From contig NZ_LN831039.1 in NCBI RefSeq assembly GCF_001457595.1, positions 2,160,001 to 2,192,000 on the forward strand: DNA of 32,000 bases, in the 5' to 3' direction. Each line of letters starts with the position of its first letter. The first letter of the stretch is position 1. Shown here piece after piece: positions 18,288-26,382 of this stretch. The position numbers and the translations under genes are program-made. The notes under the pieces were generated by a model. The model ran no database searches, was not told the origin of the DNA, and worked only from the letters and a program-made list of their open reading frames with translations. Source of the stretch: Mycolicibacterium smegmatis. Lineage in GTDB: Bacteria > Actinomycetota > Actinomycetes > Mycobacteriales > Mycobacteriaceae.

Positions 18288-19118
18288 ATGACCACATGGC
18301 TGATCACCGGATGCTCCACAGGAATCGGACGTACGCTCGCCGAGGCGGTGGCCGCGGCCGGCCACAACCTGGTGGTCACGGCCCGCGATGTGTCGTCGGT
18401 GGCCGACATCGCCGAGACGGCGCCGGACCGTGTCGTGGCCGCGCCGCTCGACGTCACGCGCCCAGAGCAGGTCACCGCGGCCGCTCAGCTGGCCGACGAG
18501 CGGTTCGGCGGTGTGGACGTGCTCGTGAACAATGCCGGCTACGGCTACCGCGCGGCGGTCGAAGAAGGCGACGATGCCGACGTCCGCACGCTTTTCGACA
18601 CGCACATCTTCGGCACGGTCGCCACGATCAAGGCCGTGCTGCCCGGGATGCGGGCCCGCAGGCGCGGGGCCATCGTCAACATCTCCTCGATCGGAGCGCA
18701 GATCACCCCGCCCGGGTCGGGCTACTACGCCGCGGCCAAGGCCGCGGTCGAGGGCCTCAGCGGGTCACTGCACACCGAACTCGCGCCGCTCGGCATCTCG
18801 GTCACGGTCGTCGAACCCGGAGGTTTCCGCACCGACTTCGCCGGGCGGTCCCTGAAACAGTCGGCCGCCGCGATCGACGACTACGCCGATACCGCGGGCA
18901 AGCGCCGCAAAGAACACGACCGCGTGCACGGCACACAGCCAGGTGATCCCGTCAAGGCGGCCGCCGCGATCATCAAGGCCGTCGAATCGCCTGAGCCACC
19001 GGCGTTTCTGCTGCTCGGATCCGATGCGCTGTCGGCCTACCGGCGCGTCGCGCAGGCACGTGCCGAGGAGATCGACAAGTGGGCCGATCTGACCACCAGC
19101 ACCGACTTCGATTCCTGA
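18288..19118 (+). CDS. Short-chain dehydrogenase/reductase
   Basis: TTWLITGCSTGIGRTLAEAVAAAGHNLVVTARD, DVLVNNAGYGY, IVNISSIGAQ, YYAAAKAAVEGLS. Confidence 0.92.
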   Translation: MTTWLITGCSTGIGRTLAEAVAAAGHNLVVTARDVSSVADIAETAPDRVVAAPLDVTRPEQVTAAAQLADERFGGVDVLVNNAGYGYRAAVEEGDDADVRTLFDTHIFGTVATIKAVLPGMRARRRGAIVNISSIGAQITPPGSGYYAAAKAAVEGLSGSLHTELAPLGISVTVVEPGGFRTDFAGRSLKQSAAAIDDYADTAGKRRKEHDRVHGTQPGDPVKAAAAIIKAVESPEPPAFLLLGSDALSAYRRVAQARAEEIDKWADLTTSTDFDS

Positions 19119-19128
19119 CATGACAGAG

Positions 19129-19152
19129 CGGCCCCGGGATCTCCCGGGGCCG
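19129..19152. terminator. Strong GC hairpin between convergent genes, probable bidirectional terminator
   Basis: CGGCCCCGGG-ATCT-CCCGGGGCCG: perfect 10-bp arms with a 4-nt loop, between a plus gene ending 19118 and a minus gene ending 19177. Confidence 0.65.
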
Positions 19153-19176
19153 CCCTGTTCGATTCACTCGACCGAT

Positions 19177-19599
19177 CTATTCGACGATGAACACGGGGAT
19201 CAGCCGGTCGGTCTTGGTCTGGTACTCCGCGTACGGCGGATAGGCCTCGACCGCGAGCTTCCACCAGTGCTCGCGCTCCTCGCCCTCGAGTTCACGGGCG
19301 GTGCGGTCAGGCAGCACCTTGTCACCGTCCTGCACGCTGACCGTCGGATTGGCCTTGACGTTGAAGTACCACGACGGGTGCTTGGGGTCGCCACCCTTGG
19401 ACGCGACCATGGCGTACTTGCCGTTCTCCTCGACCCGCATCAGCGGGACGTAACGCTTCTTGCCGGATTTGGCGCCGGTCGTCGTGAACAGCACGATCGG
19501 ACGGTCCAGCACGTGCACACCATCGGTGGTGCCCTGCTCGAGAATGCGTTCGGTCTGCTCGCGTACCCAGTCGGTCGGGCTCAGTTCGGCATCAGTCAT
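19177..19599 (-). CDS. Nitroreductase/deaminase-type F420-binding split-barrel protein (DUF385/DDN-like)
   Basis: MTDAELSPTDWVREQTERILEQGTTDGVHVLDRPIVLFTTTGAKSGKKRYVPLMRVEENGKYAMVASKGGDPKHPSWYFNVKANPTVSVQ. Confidence 0.93.
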   Translation of the reverse strand: MTDAELSPTDWVREQTERILEQGTTDGVHVLDRPIVLFTTTGAKSGKKRYVPLMRVEENGKYAMVASKGGDPKHPSWYFNVKANPTVSVQDGDKVLPDRTARELEGEEREHWWKLAVEAYPPYAEYQTKTDRLIPVFIVE

Positions 19600-19652
19600 T
19601 CTGTGGTCAACGCCCTCACCACCCGGGTTATTCCGGCTGGCGTGCGGAGGTG

Positions 19653-20840
19653 TCACCCACAGCCGACCGCCACCCCGACAGGTTCTGCCGCGCGCCGCGG
19701 CGCGCGGCCCACCAGCACGTCGACGGCGAGCAGAAGCAGCGCCACCACGCCCAGACCCGCGCCGATCCACGGCACCGACGGGTAGCCCAGACCCGCGGTC
19801 AGCGCGAGGCCCGCGAGCCAGGGACCAGCGCTGATACCGACGTTGAACGCCGAGATGTTGCCGGCCGAGGCCAGCGTCGGCGCGCCGGGCGCGATGCCGA
19901 ACACCCGAGAGTTCAGCGCCGGGTTGGTGCCGAAACCGGCGAAGCCCAAGACGACGGCCAGGATCGCCACGGCCGCGGGCACGTCGGCGGTGACCGACAG
20001 CAGCGCCAGCACGACGGTCAGCATGCCGAAACCCGCCGCGAGGACACCGCGCGGCCACCGGTCGGCCGCGAACCCGCCACCGGCCATGCCCGCGAGTGAC
20101 CCGAGGCCGTACCCGAGCAGAACCAGCGGCACCCAGTCGGCACGCACCCCGGTGGTGGTGATCAGCATGGCGCTCAGATACGTGAAGGTGCCCAGCAGTG
20201 CCGCGGTGGACGTCGCGGTGAGCCCGTAGGACAACCACAGGCGCGGCACCGCCACACCGCGGAGCTCGTCGCGAGCGCGCAGCACCGTGTGCGCGCGGGT
20301 GTCGGGGACCGCGGTGAGCACCGCACCCGCGGCGACCAGGGTCAGCGCCGTGACGGTCCAGACCGCCGCTCGCCATCCGAAGTGCTGGCCGATCCAGGTG
20401 CCCGCGGGCAGGCCGACCACCATCGCGACGGTGATACCGCCCGCGACGACGCTCATCGCGCGGCCGCGCCGGGCGGGGGAGACCAGCGCCATCGCGGTGC
20501 TCGCACCGACCGCCCAGAATCCGGCGTAGACGAAGGCCGCGACGAACCGTGTCGCCAACAGCACCGCATAGGAGTCGGTCAGTGCCGCGACGATGTGCGC
20601 GACGACGAACACGCCCAGGAACGCGAGCAGGGCCCGCCGACGGGGCCACCGCAACGTGCCTATCGCCAGGATCGGCGCACCCACGAGCATGCCGAGCGCG
20701 AACACCGACACCGTCAGGCCGGCCTGCGGGATGCTGACCGCGAAATCAGCCGACACCTCGGGGAGCAGGCCCGCCAGCATGAGTTCGCTTGTCCCCTGGG
20801 CGAATATCGCCGCCCCGAGAACCCAGATGGCAACCGGCAT
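19653..20840 (-). CDS. MFS transporter (AraJ/Cmx-like drug or sugar efflux)
   Basis: MPVAIWVLGAAIFAQGTSELMLAGLLPEVSADFAVSIPQAGLTVSVFALGMLVGAPILAIGTLRWPRR, with 12-TM-type pattern. The ATG at 20840 gives a TGATG junction with the upstream SDR; the ORF track also allows GTG 20873. Confidence 0.9.
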   Translation of the reverse strand: MPVAIWVLGAAIFAQGTSELMLAGLLPEVSADFAVSIPQAGLTVSVFALGMLVGAPILAIGTLRWPRRRALLAFLGVFVVAHIVAALTDSYAVLLATRFVAAFVYAGFWAVGASTAMALVSPARRGRAMSVVAGGITVAMVVGLPAGTWIGQHFGWRAAVWTVTALTLVAAGAVLTAVPDTRAHTVLRARDELRGVAVPRLWLSYGLTATSTAALLGTFTYLSAMLITTTGVRADWVPLVLLGYGLGSLAGMAGGGFAADRWPRGVLAAGFGMLTVVLALLSVTADVPAAVAILAVVLGFAGFGTNPALNSRVFGIAPGAPTLASAGNISAFNVGISAGPWLAGLALTAGLGYPSVPWIGAGLGVVALLLLAVDVLVGRAPRRAAEPVGVAVGCG

Positions 20841-21592
20841 CAGAGCATCGACCCGCCGCTGGCGTCGAGCCACTGACCGGTGATCCAGCGCGCGTCGTCG
20901 GAGGAGAGGAACGCGACCACACCGGAGATGTCGTCGGCCTGCGCGACGCGGTTGAACGGTGACTGCGCGGCGATCGCGGCGCGCCCCTCGGGTGTCGACA
21001 GTCGCTCGGCGTTCATGTCGGTCTCGGTGGTGCCCGGTCCGACGGCATTCACCGTGATGCCGCGTGGGGCAACCTCTTTGGCGAGTGTTGCGGTGAACGA
21101 GTCGAGCGCGGCCTTCGAGATCGCGTAGGCCATGAGTTCGGGCATCCGGCCGCCGTGCGTGAAACGCGTCGACACGTTGATGATCCGCCCATGGTCACGC
21201 AGACGCGACAGGCCGTGCTGGGTGATGAAGAACGGTGCGCGGGTGTTCACCGCCAACACCTCGTCGTAGGTCTGCTCGGTGAGATCGGCGAACGGGATTC
21301 GGCCGCCGAGGATCCCGGCGTTGTTCACCAGGATGTCGAGCCCGTCGGCGTTTCGGTCGAAGGCTTGCCACAGCGCGTCGGCGTCGCCGGGCACGCCGAG
21401 TTGCGCGCGGACGGTGAACGTTTCGCCGCCCTTGTCGCGGATCAGCTGCGCGGTCTGTTCGGCGGTGTCGGCGTTGGTGCCGTAGTGCACGCCGACGCGT
21501 GCGCCGTCGCCGGCCAGCCGGATCGCGATGGCGCGGCCGATGCCGCGTCCGCCGCCGGTGACCAGCGCTGTCTTGCCGTCGAGAGTGGACAC
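20840..21592 (-). CDS. Short-chain dehydrogenase/reductase
   Basis: LDGKTALVTGGGRGIGRAIAIRLAGDGARVGVHYG, DILVNNAGILGG, YAISKAALDSFTATLAKEVAPRGITVNAVGPGTTETDM, ITGQWLDASGG. Confidence 0.94.
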   Translation of the reverse strand: MSTLDGKTALVTGGGRGIGRAIAIRLAGDGARVGVHYGTNADTAEQTAQLIRDKGGETFTVRAQLGVPGDADALWQAFDRNADGLDILVNNAGILGGRIPFADLTEQTYDEVLAVNTRAPFFITQHGLSRLRDHGRIINVSTRFTHGGRMPELMAYAISKAALDSFTATLAKEVAPRGITVNAVGPGTTETDMNAERLSTPEGRAAIAAQSPFNRVAQADDISGVVAFLSSDDARWITGQWLDASGGSML

Positions 21593-21608
21593 GTGCCCAT
21601 CCTTTCTT

Positions 21609-21620
21609 TAGCGATCGTTA
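21609..21620. promoter_or_regulatory. Operator-like element 1 (TAGCGATCGTTA)
   Basis: Imperfect inverted repeat AGCG-AT-CGTT similar to element 2, in the SDR/TetR divergent spacer. Confidence 0.4.
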
Positions 21621-21640
21621 CAAAAAAGGACGTTAGCAGA

Positions 21641-21662
21641 TTCTCTAGCGACCGCTCTAGAA
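21641..21662. promoter_or_regulatory. Candidate TetR-type operator (TTCTCTAGCG-AC-CGCTCTAGAA)
   Basis: Inverted repeat with 8 of 10 arm positions matching. Overlaps the TAGAAT -10-like box of the tetR gene. Confidence 0.55.
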
Positions 21663-21669
21663 TGTGTGG

Positions 21670-22263
21670 ATGGCAACAGTCCGCGGGAGACCCCGCTCGT
21701 TCGATCGCGACGCCGCGCTCGACAAGGCGATCCGGCTGTTCTGGGAGCGTGGGTTCGAGGCGACCTCTACGCGCGACCTCAGTAGCGCGCTCGGCATCGG
21801 CATGCCCAGCATCTACGCGGCGTTCGGCGACAAACGTCAGCTCTTCACCGAGGCCGTCGAGGTCTACGACGCCCGCTACGGCGGCTTCATCGACGCCGCG
21901 CTCGACGAGGAGCCCACCGCGCGTGCGGCCGTCGCACGCATCCTGGCGCAGGCCCCAGGCCGGTACACGCGCCGTGGCCTGCCCAGCGGATGCCTGATCA
22001 TCAGCGGTGACGACGGCAGCGCCGACGAGACCGTGGGCGCCACGCTGCGCCGCATCCGCGAGAAGAAGACCCAGACGGTGGCCGACAAGATCCGCGCCGA
22101 CATCGCCGCAGGCGAGCTGCCCGCCGACACCGACGCACTTGCTCTCGCGCAGTTCGTGATGTCGACCCTCAGCGGCATCGCCCAGGCCGCGCGTGACGGC
22201 ATACCCCGCGCGAGGCTCGACCAGGTCGCCGCCATCGCCCTGCGGGCCTGGCCCCAGCGCTAA
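21670..22263 (+). CDS. TetR family transcriptional regulator
   Basis: MATVRGRPRSFDRDAALDKAIRLFWERGFEATSTRDLSSALGIGMPSIYAAFGDKRQLFTEAVEVY. ATG at 21670 is 6 nt after TAGAAT. Confidence 0.94.
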   Translation: MATVRGRPRSFDRDAALDKAIRLFWERGFEATSTRDLSSALGIGMPSIYAAFGDKRQLFTEAVEVYDARYGGFIDAALDEEPTARAAVARILAQAPGRYTRRGLPSGCLIISGDDGSADETVGATLRRIREKKTQTVADKIRADIAAGELPADTDALALAQFVMSTLSGIAQAARDGIPRARLDQVAAIALRAWPQR

Positions 22264-22270
22264 CTCATTG

Positions 22271-22296
22271 CACCGCCACCGCCACCGCCACCGCCA
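22271..22296 (+). repeat. Short hexanucleotide microsatellite, (CACCGC)n/(CCGCCA)n, about 4 units
   Basis: caccgccaccgccaccgccaccgcca directly downstream of the tetR stop. Confidence 0.8.
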
Positions 22297-22390
22297 CCAC
22301 GCCCGCGACCGTGCACTTCTGCACCGCGACCGTGCGCGTCTGCCGCACGCCACGCCGCACATCAGCAGCACTGCACGCACGCTCGTCGGC

Positions 22391-22438
22391 ACCGAGCGTG
22401 CGGCACCGAGCGGGACCGAGCGTGCGGCCAAGACCGAG
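22391..22438 (+). repeat. 24-bp-period imperfect direct repeat
   Basis: ACCGAGCGTGCGGC occurs at 22391-22404 and again at 22415-22428, each followed by diverged ACCGAG-containing sequence. Confidence 0.6.
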
Positions 22439-22465
22439 CACACAGCCAAGAGGGACAATGAAGCC

Positions 22466-23224
22466 ATGACCGGCAGCGACACGACCGCCTACTCCACCGC
22501 ACGTACGGTCGAGGACTTCACCCGCAACCTGCAGGCCGTCAACACGCGAATCGGCGCCGCGCTGCAGCGCGCCGGCCGCGAACCCGGTGAGGTGCGGCTA
22601 CTTCCGGTCAGCAAGACCGTCGATGAGGACCGGCTGCGCGTCGCGGCGGCCGCGGGCTGCACGATGTTCGGCGAGAACAAGGTGCAGGAGGCGATGCGCA
22701 AGTGGCGCAACCTGTCCGATCTCGACGTGGAGTGGTCGGTGATCGGACACCTGCAGACCAACAAGGCCAAGGACGTCGCCGAGTTCGCCGCCGAGTTCCA
22801 GGCCCTCGACAATCCGCGGGCCGCCGCGGCACTGGATCGCAGGCTGCAGGCCCTCGGACGCCAACTCGACGTCTACGTGCAGGTCAACACCTCGGGTGAG
22901 GAGTCCAAGTACGGCCTGGCGCCCGACGACGTCATCCCGTTCCTGAAGACCCTGCCCGCCTACACCGCGCTGCGCGTGCGCGGCCTGATGACCATCGCGG
23001 TGTTCAGCACCGATCCCGAACGCGTCCGCCCGTGCTTCCGGCTGCTGCGCAGCCTGCGTGATCAGGCCCGCGATCTCGACCTGATCGGCCCGGGCGAGCT
23101 GTCGATGGGCATGTCCGGCGACTACGAACTCGCGATCGCCGAGGGTTCGACGTGTGTGCGCGTCGGGCAGGCGATCTTCGGTGCCCGCCCGACGCCGGAT
23201 TCCCAGTACTGGCCCGGCAACTGA
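22466..23224 (+). CDS. YggS/PROSC-family PLP-binding protein (PLP homeostasis type)
   Basis: VRLLPVSKTVDEDRLRVAAAAGCTMFGENKVQEAMRKWRNLSDLDVEWSVIGHLQTNKAKDVAEF...VYVQVNTSGEESKYGL...LSMGMSGDYELAIAEGSTCVRVGQAIFGARP. Confidence 0.94.
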   Translation: MTGSDTTAYSTARTVEDFTRNLQAVNTRIGAALQRAGREPGEVRLLPVSKTVDEDRLRVAAAAGCTMFGENKVQEAMRKWRNLSDLDVEWSVIGHLQTNKAKDVAEFAAEFQALDNPRAAAALDRRLQALGRQLDVYVQVNTSGEESKYGLAPDDVIPFLKTLPAYTALRVRGLMTIAVFSTDPERVRPCFRLLRSLRDQARDLDLIGPGELSMGMSGDYELAIAEGSTCVRVGQAIFGARPTPDSQYWPGN

Positions 23225-23235
23225 GGCTCAACCGC

Positions 23236-24207
23236 TCAGCGCAGTTTGAGCACCACCTTGCCCTTGGCGCTGCGATTCTCCAGTGACGCGATGGCCTGCG
23301 CGGCCTGCTCCAACGGATACACCTCGACCTGCGGCGGGGCGACCGCGCCGGAGGCCAGCAGCGGCTCCAGTTCGGCCCACTGCTCCTGCAGATAACCCGG
23401 GTGCGTGAAAGTCCACGCACCCCAACCCGCGCCGATCACCTCGATGTTGTTGAGCAGCAACCGGTTCACCTTCACCTGGGGGATCTCGCCGCCGGTGAAG
23501 CCGACCACCAGCAGGCGCCCGCCGACCGCCAGCGAGCGCAGCGAATCGGTGAAGCGGTCACCTCCGACGGGGTCGACCACCATGTCGACGCCGCGACCGT
23601 CGGTCAACTCCTTGACCGCGTCACGGAAACCGTCGGCCAGCACCACATCGGATGCGCCTGCGGCCCTGGCGATCTCGCCCTTCTCCTCGGTGGACACCAC
23701 CGCGATGGTGCGGGCCGCGCCCAAAGCGGGCGCCAGGCGCAGCACCGACGAACCGATTCCGCCAGCGGCGCCGTGCACCAGAACCGTCTCGCCGCCGGAC
23801 AGCCTGCCGCGGGTGCGCAGCACGAAGTGCACGGTCATGTCGTTGAACAGGATTCCCGCCCCGGCGTCGAACGGCACCGCATCGGGCAGCTTGAACACGC
23901 GATCCTCGGGCAGCGCAACCACTTCCGCCATACCGCCGGACAGCATCGTCAGGCCCAGCACACGATCGCCCGCCGCGACCGACGCGCCTGCCGGTGCGCT
24001 GCGCACCACACCGGCCACCTCGGCGCCGGGGGAGAACGGCAGGTCCGGCTTGTACTGGTAGAGGCCTCGCGTCAGCAGCGCGTCGGGAAACGCCACGCCT
24101 GCGGCGTGGACGTCGATCAGGACGGCGTCATCACCGGACGGTTCGTCGACCTCGACCACTTCCACCGCGTCGGGACCGTCGAGACGGGTTATCAGTGCAG
24201 CGCGCAT
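23236..24207 (-). CDS. NADPH:quinone oxidoreductase-like medium-chain dehydrogenase (zinc-independent)
   Basis: MRAALITRLDGPDAVEVVEVDEPSGDDAVLIDVHAAGVAFPDALLTRGLYQYKPDLPFSPGAEVAGVV...ETVLVHGAAGGIGSSVLRLA. The upstream part of ORF 23236..24747 is not gene-like. Confidence 0.93.
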   Translation of the reverse strand: MRAALITRLDGPDAVEVVEVDEPSGDDAVLIDVHAAGVAFPDALLTRGLYQYKPDLPFSPGAEVAGVVRSAPAGASVAAGDRVLGLTMLSGGMAEVVALPEDRVFKLPDAVPFDAGAGILFNDMTVHFVLRTRGRLSGGETVLVHGAAGGIGSSVLRLAPALGAARTIAVVSTEEKGEIARAAGASDVVLADGFRDAVKELTDGRGVDMVVDPVGGDRFTDSLRSLAVGGRLLVVGFTGGEIPQVKVNRLLLNNIEVIGAGWGAWTFTHPGYLQEQWAELEPLLASGAVAPPQVEVYPLEQAAQAIASLENRSAKGKVVLKLR

Positions 24208-24289
24208 GGAGACCTCTCTGTCAGTTGTCGGCCCAATTCTGCGCCCACGGTCGCGGCAAGGCGTCGCGAGGCCCGGACAGGGCCGGTCG

Positions 24290-24301
24290 TGACACGTGTC
24301 A
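24290..24301. promoter_or_regulatory. Perfect 12-bp palindrome, candidate operator
   Basis: TGACACGTGTCA is self-complementary and lies in the 117-bp divergent spacer, over the predicted -35 region of the downstream ADH. Confidence 0.55.
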
Positions 24302-24312
24302 AGTTGGTCGCC

Positions 24313-24318
24313 TACGAT
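24313..24318 (+). promoter_or_regulatory. Candidate leaderless -10 box for the ADH gene
   Basis: TACGAT followed by 6 nt and then the ATG at 24325. GTGACA at 24289-24294 gives an 18-nt spacer. Confidence 0.5.
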
Positions 24319-24324
24319 CGCCGA

Positions 24325-25413
24325 ATGCTCAATGCGCGCGCCGCGGTGCTGCTCGACGCCGGAGCGGACCCGCGGCTCACCGACGTGCAGGTCCGCCCGC
24401 CGGTCGGCGACGAGCTGCTCGTCGAGATCGAGGCCGTGGGGATCTGCCATACCGACATCAGCGTGGCCGCGCGCTTCCGCAAGGTGCCGATGGTGTTCGG
24501 CCACGAAGGTGCGGGCACCGTGATCGACGCGGGCCCGGCCGCCGCAGGCCGCATCGGGGAACGTGTGGTGCTCACGTTCACCAGCTGCGGGGTCTGCGAC
24601 CGTTGCGGCGCGGGCAGTCCCGCGTACTGCGACCACTCGACCGATCTCAACATGCGCGGCGGCCGCCTCGACGAGACCGCGGCGCTGCGGCTCGGCGGGG
24701 CACCGGTCGCCGGGGAGTTCTTCGGCCAGTCCAGCTTCGCCACGCACGCGATTTCCAAGAGCCGCAACGCCGTCACCATCCCCGGTGACCTGGACCCCGC
24801 GCTCGCCGCCCCGCTCGGCTGCAGCGTGCAGACCGGCGTGGGCGCGGTGCTCAACGTGCTCACACCCGGCGCCGCCGACGCCGTGGTCGTGTTCGGGGCC
24901 GGCGCCGTCGGCCTGTCGGCGGTGATGGGCGCGCGCATCGCCGGATGCCGCACCATCGTCGCGGTCGACCCCGTCGCGCGACGACGCGCGCTGGCCACCG
25001 AACTGGGCGCAACCATCACCATCGACCCGACGGACACCGACGTGACCCGGGCCGTGCTGGACGCCACCGGGGGAGCGGCCGGCGCCATCGACACCACCGC
25101 ACGCCCCGACGTCATCGCCACGGCCGTCATGGCGCTGCGGTCCCGCGGAACCCTGGCCCTGCTCGGACTCGGCGCCCTGACCGCCGAGCTACCGGTCGCG
25201 CTGATCATGGGCAAGGGACTGACGGTTCGCGGCGTCGTGGAAGGCGACAGCGAACCGCACACCTTCCTACCGCGGCTGCTGGAGCTCCACCGCCGTGGCG
25301 AACTTCCGGTGGACAAGCTCGTGACGACGTACCCCTTCGACGACTTCGACCGCGCCTGGACCGCTGCCAAGGCCGGTGAAGTGGTGAAACCGGTGCTCAT
25401 CACCAGACGGTAG
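24325..25413 (+). CDS. Zinc-dependent alcohol dehydrogenase (aryl-alcohol dehydrogenase-like)
   Basis: VEIEAVGICHTDISVAARFRKVPMVFGHEGAGTVIDAG, SCGVCDRCGAGSPAYC structural zinc loop, VFGAGAVGLSAVMGARIAG Rossmann. Confidence 0.93.
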   Translation: MLNARAAVLLDAGADPRLTDVQVRPPVGDELLVEIEAVGICHTDISVAARFRKVPMVFGHEGAGTVIDAGPAAAGRIGERVVLTFTSCGVCDRCGAGSPAYCDHSTDLNMRGGRLDETAALRLGGAPVAGEFFGQSSFATHAISKSRNAVTIPGDLDPALAAPLGCSVQTGVGAVLNVLTPGAADAVVVFGAGAVGLSAVMGARIAGCRTIVAVDPVARRRALATELGATITIDPTDTDVTRAVLDATGGAAGAIDTTARPDVIATAVMALRSRGTLALLGLGALTAELPVALIMGKGLTVRGVVEGDSEPHTFLPRLLELHRRGELPVDKLVTTYPFDDFDRAWTAAKAGEVVKPVLITRR

Positions 25414-25455
25414 GCTCGACAAAGATCAGGCAGCGACGCCGATGACGGGAGCAGT

Positions 25456-26382
25456 ATGACCCTTCCACAGTTACCTCAAGGACGTACCGTCGAGGTCCGT
25501 GCGGTCGACGGTGTGCGACTGCACGCGCAAACATTCGGGCCCGAGGACGGCTACCCGATCGTGTTCGCGCACGGCATCACGTGCGCCATCGAGGTGTGGG
25601 CCCACCAGATCGCCGACCTGGCCGGCGACTACCGCGTCATCGCCTACGACCACCGCGGCCACGGGCGCAGTGAGACCCCGCGCGGCCGCAACCGCTACAG
25701 CCTCAACCACCTCGCGGCCGACCTGGACGCGGTGCTCGACGCGACGCTGCGGCCCGGCGAGCGGGCCGTCATCGCGGGCCACTCCATGGGCGGCATCGCG
25801 ATCACGTCGTGGGCGCAGCGCTACCCGAGCCGTGTGCAGACCTGCGCCGACGGGGTCGCCCTGATCAACACCAGCACCGGGGACCTGCTGCGCGACGTGC
25901 AACTGGCACAGGTGCCCACGCGGTTGAGCACCACGCGGATCCGCACCGCGGGCACCATCCTCAAGACCTTCGGCAGCACCCCGGTCCCCAAGCTGGCCGA
26001 CGCCGCCAACAGGCGCTTCGTCGCCCATCTCGCGGTCGGCCGCGACGCCGATCCGTGGGTGGCCGACTTCGTCTACCGCCTGTTCGCCACCACCCCGCCG
26101 ACCGGACGCGGTGCGTGGGGGCGGGTCCTGGTGGACAACCTCGGCCCCAAGCACATTCCGCTGCACAACCTCACGGTGCCGACGCTGGTGATCGGCAGCG
26201 CGCAGGACCGGTTGTTGCCCATCAACGCTTCCCGCCGCATCGCCGACACCGTGCCCAACCTCGCGGCGTTCGTCGAACTGCGCGGCGGACACTGCGGCAT
26301 CCTCGAGCGTCCCGACGAGGTCAACGCCCAGCTGCGGAAGCTGGCCGAAGCGGTGATCAGCCCGCAGCGGCTGAACTCTTGA
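25456..26382 (+). CDS. Alpha/beta hydrolase
   Basis: [56 protein letters not shown] nucleophile elbow, [13 protein letters not shown] catalytic His region. Confidence 0.93.
   Translation: MTLPQLPQGRTVEVRAVDGVRLHAQTFGPEDGYPIVFAHGITCAIEVWAHQIADLAGDYRVIAYDHRGHGRSETPRGRNRYSLNHLAADLDAVLDATLRPGERAVIAGHSMGGIAITSWAQRYPSRVQTCADGVALINTSTGDLLRDVQLAQVPTRLSTTRIRTAGTILKTFGSTPVPKLADAANRRFVAHLAVGRDADPWVADFVYRLFATTPPTGRGAWGRVLVDNLGPKHIPLHNLTVPTLVIGSAQDRLLPINASRRIADTVPNLAAFVELRGGHCGILERPDEVNAQLRKLAEAVISPQRLNS

Noticed and set aside
19653-20873. MFS start at GTG 20873
   Set aside because: It would overlap the SDR coding end by 34 bp. The internal ATG at 20840 begins directly at the first TM helix and forms a TGATG junction.
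22271-22438. Possible CRISPR-like or VNTR array
   Set aside because: Units are only 6 or 24 bp, lack unique spacers of constant length, and there are no cas genes. Only a short simple repeat.
23236-24747. 503-aa extended version of the quinone oxidoreductase
   Set aside because: The first ~160 residues are the antisense of the ADH 5' region and lack family similarity. The MRAALITRL start at 24207 is standard.
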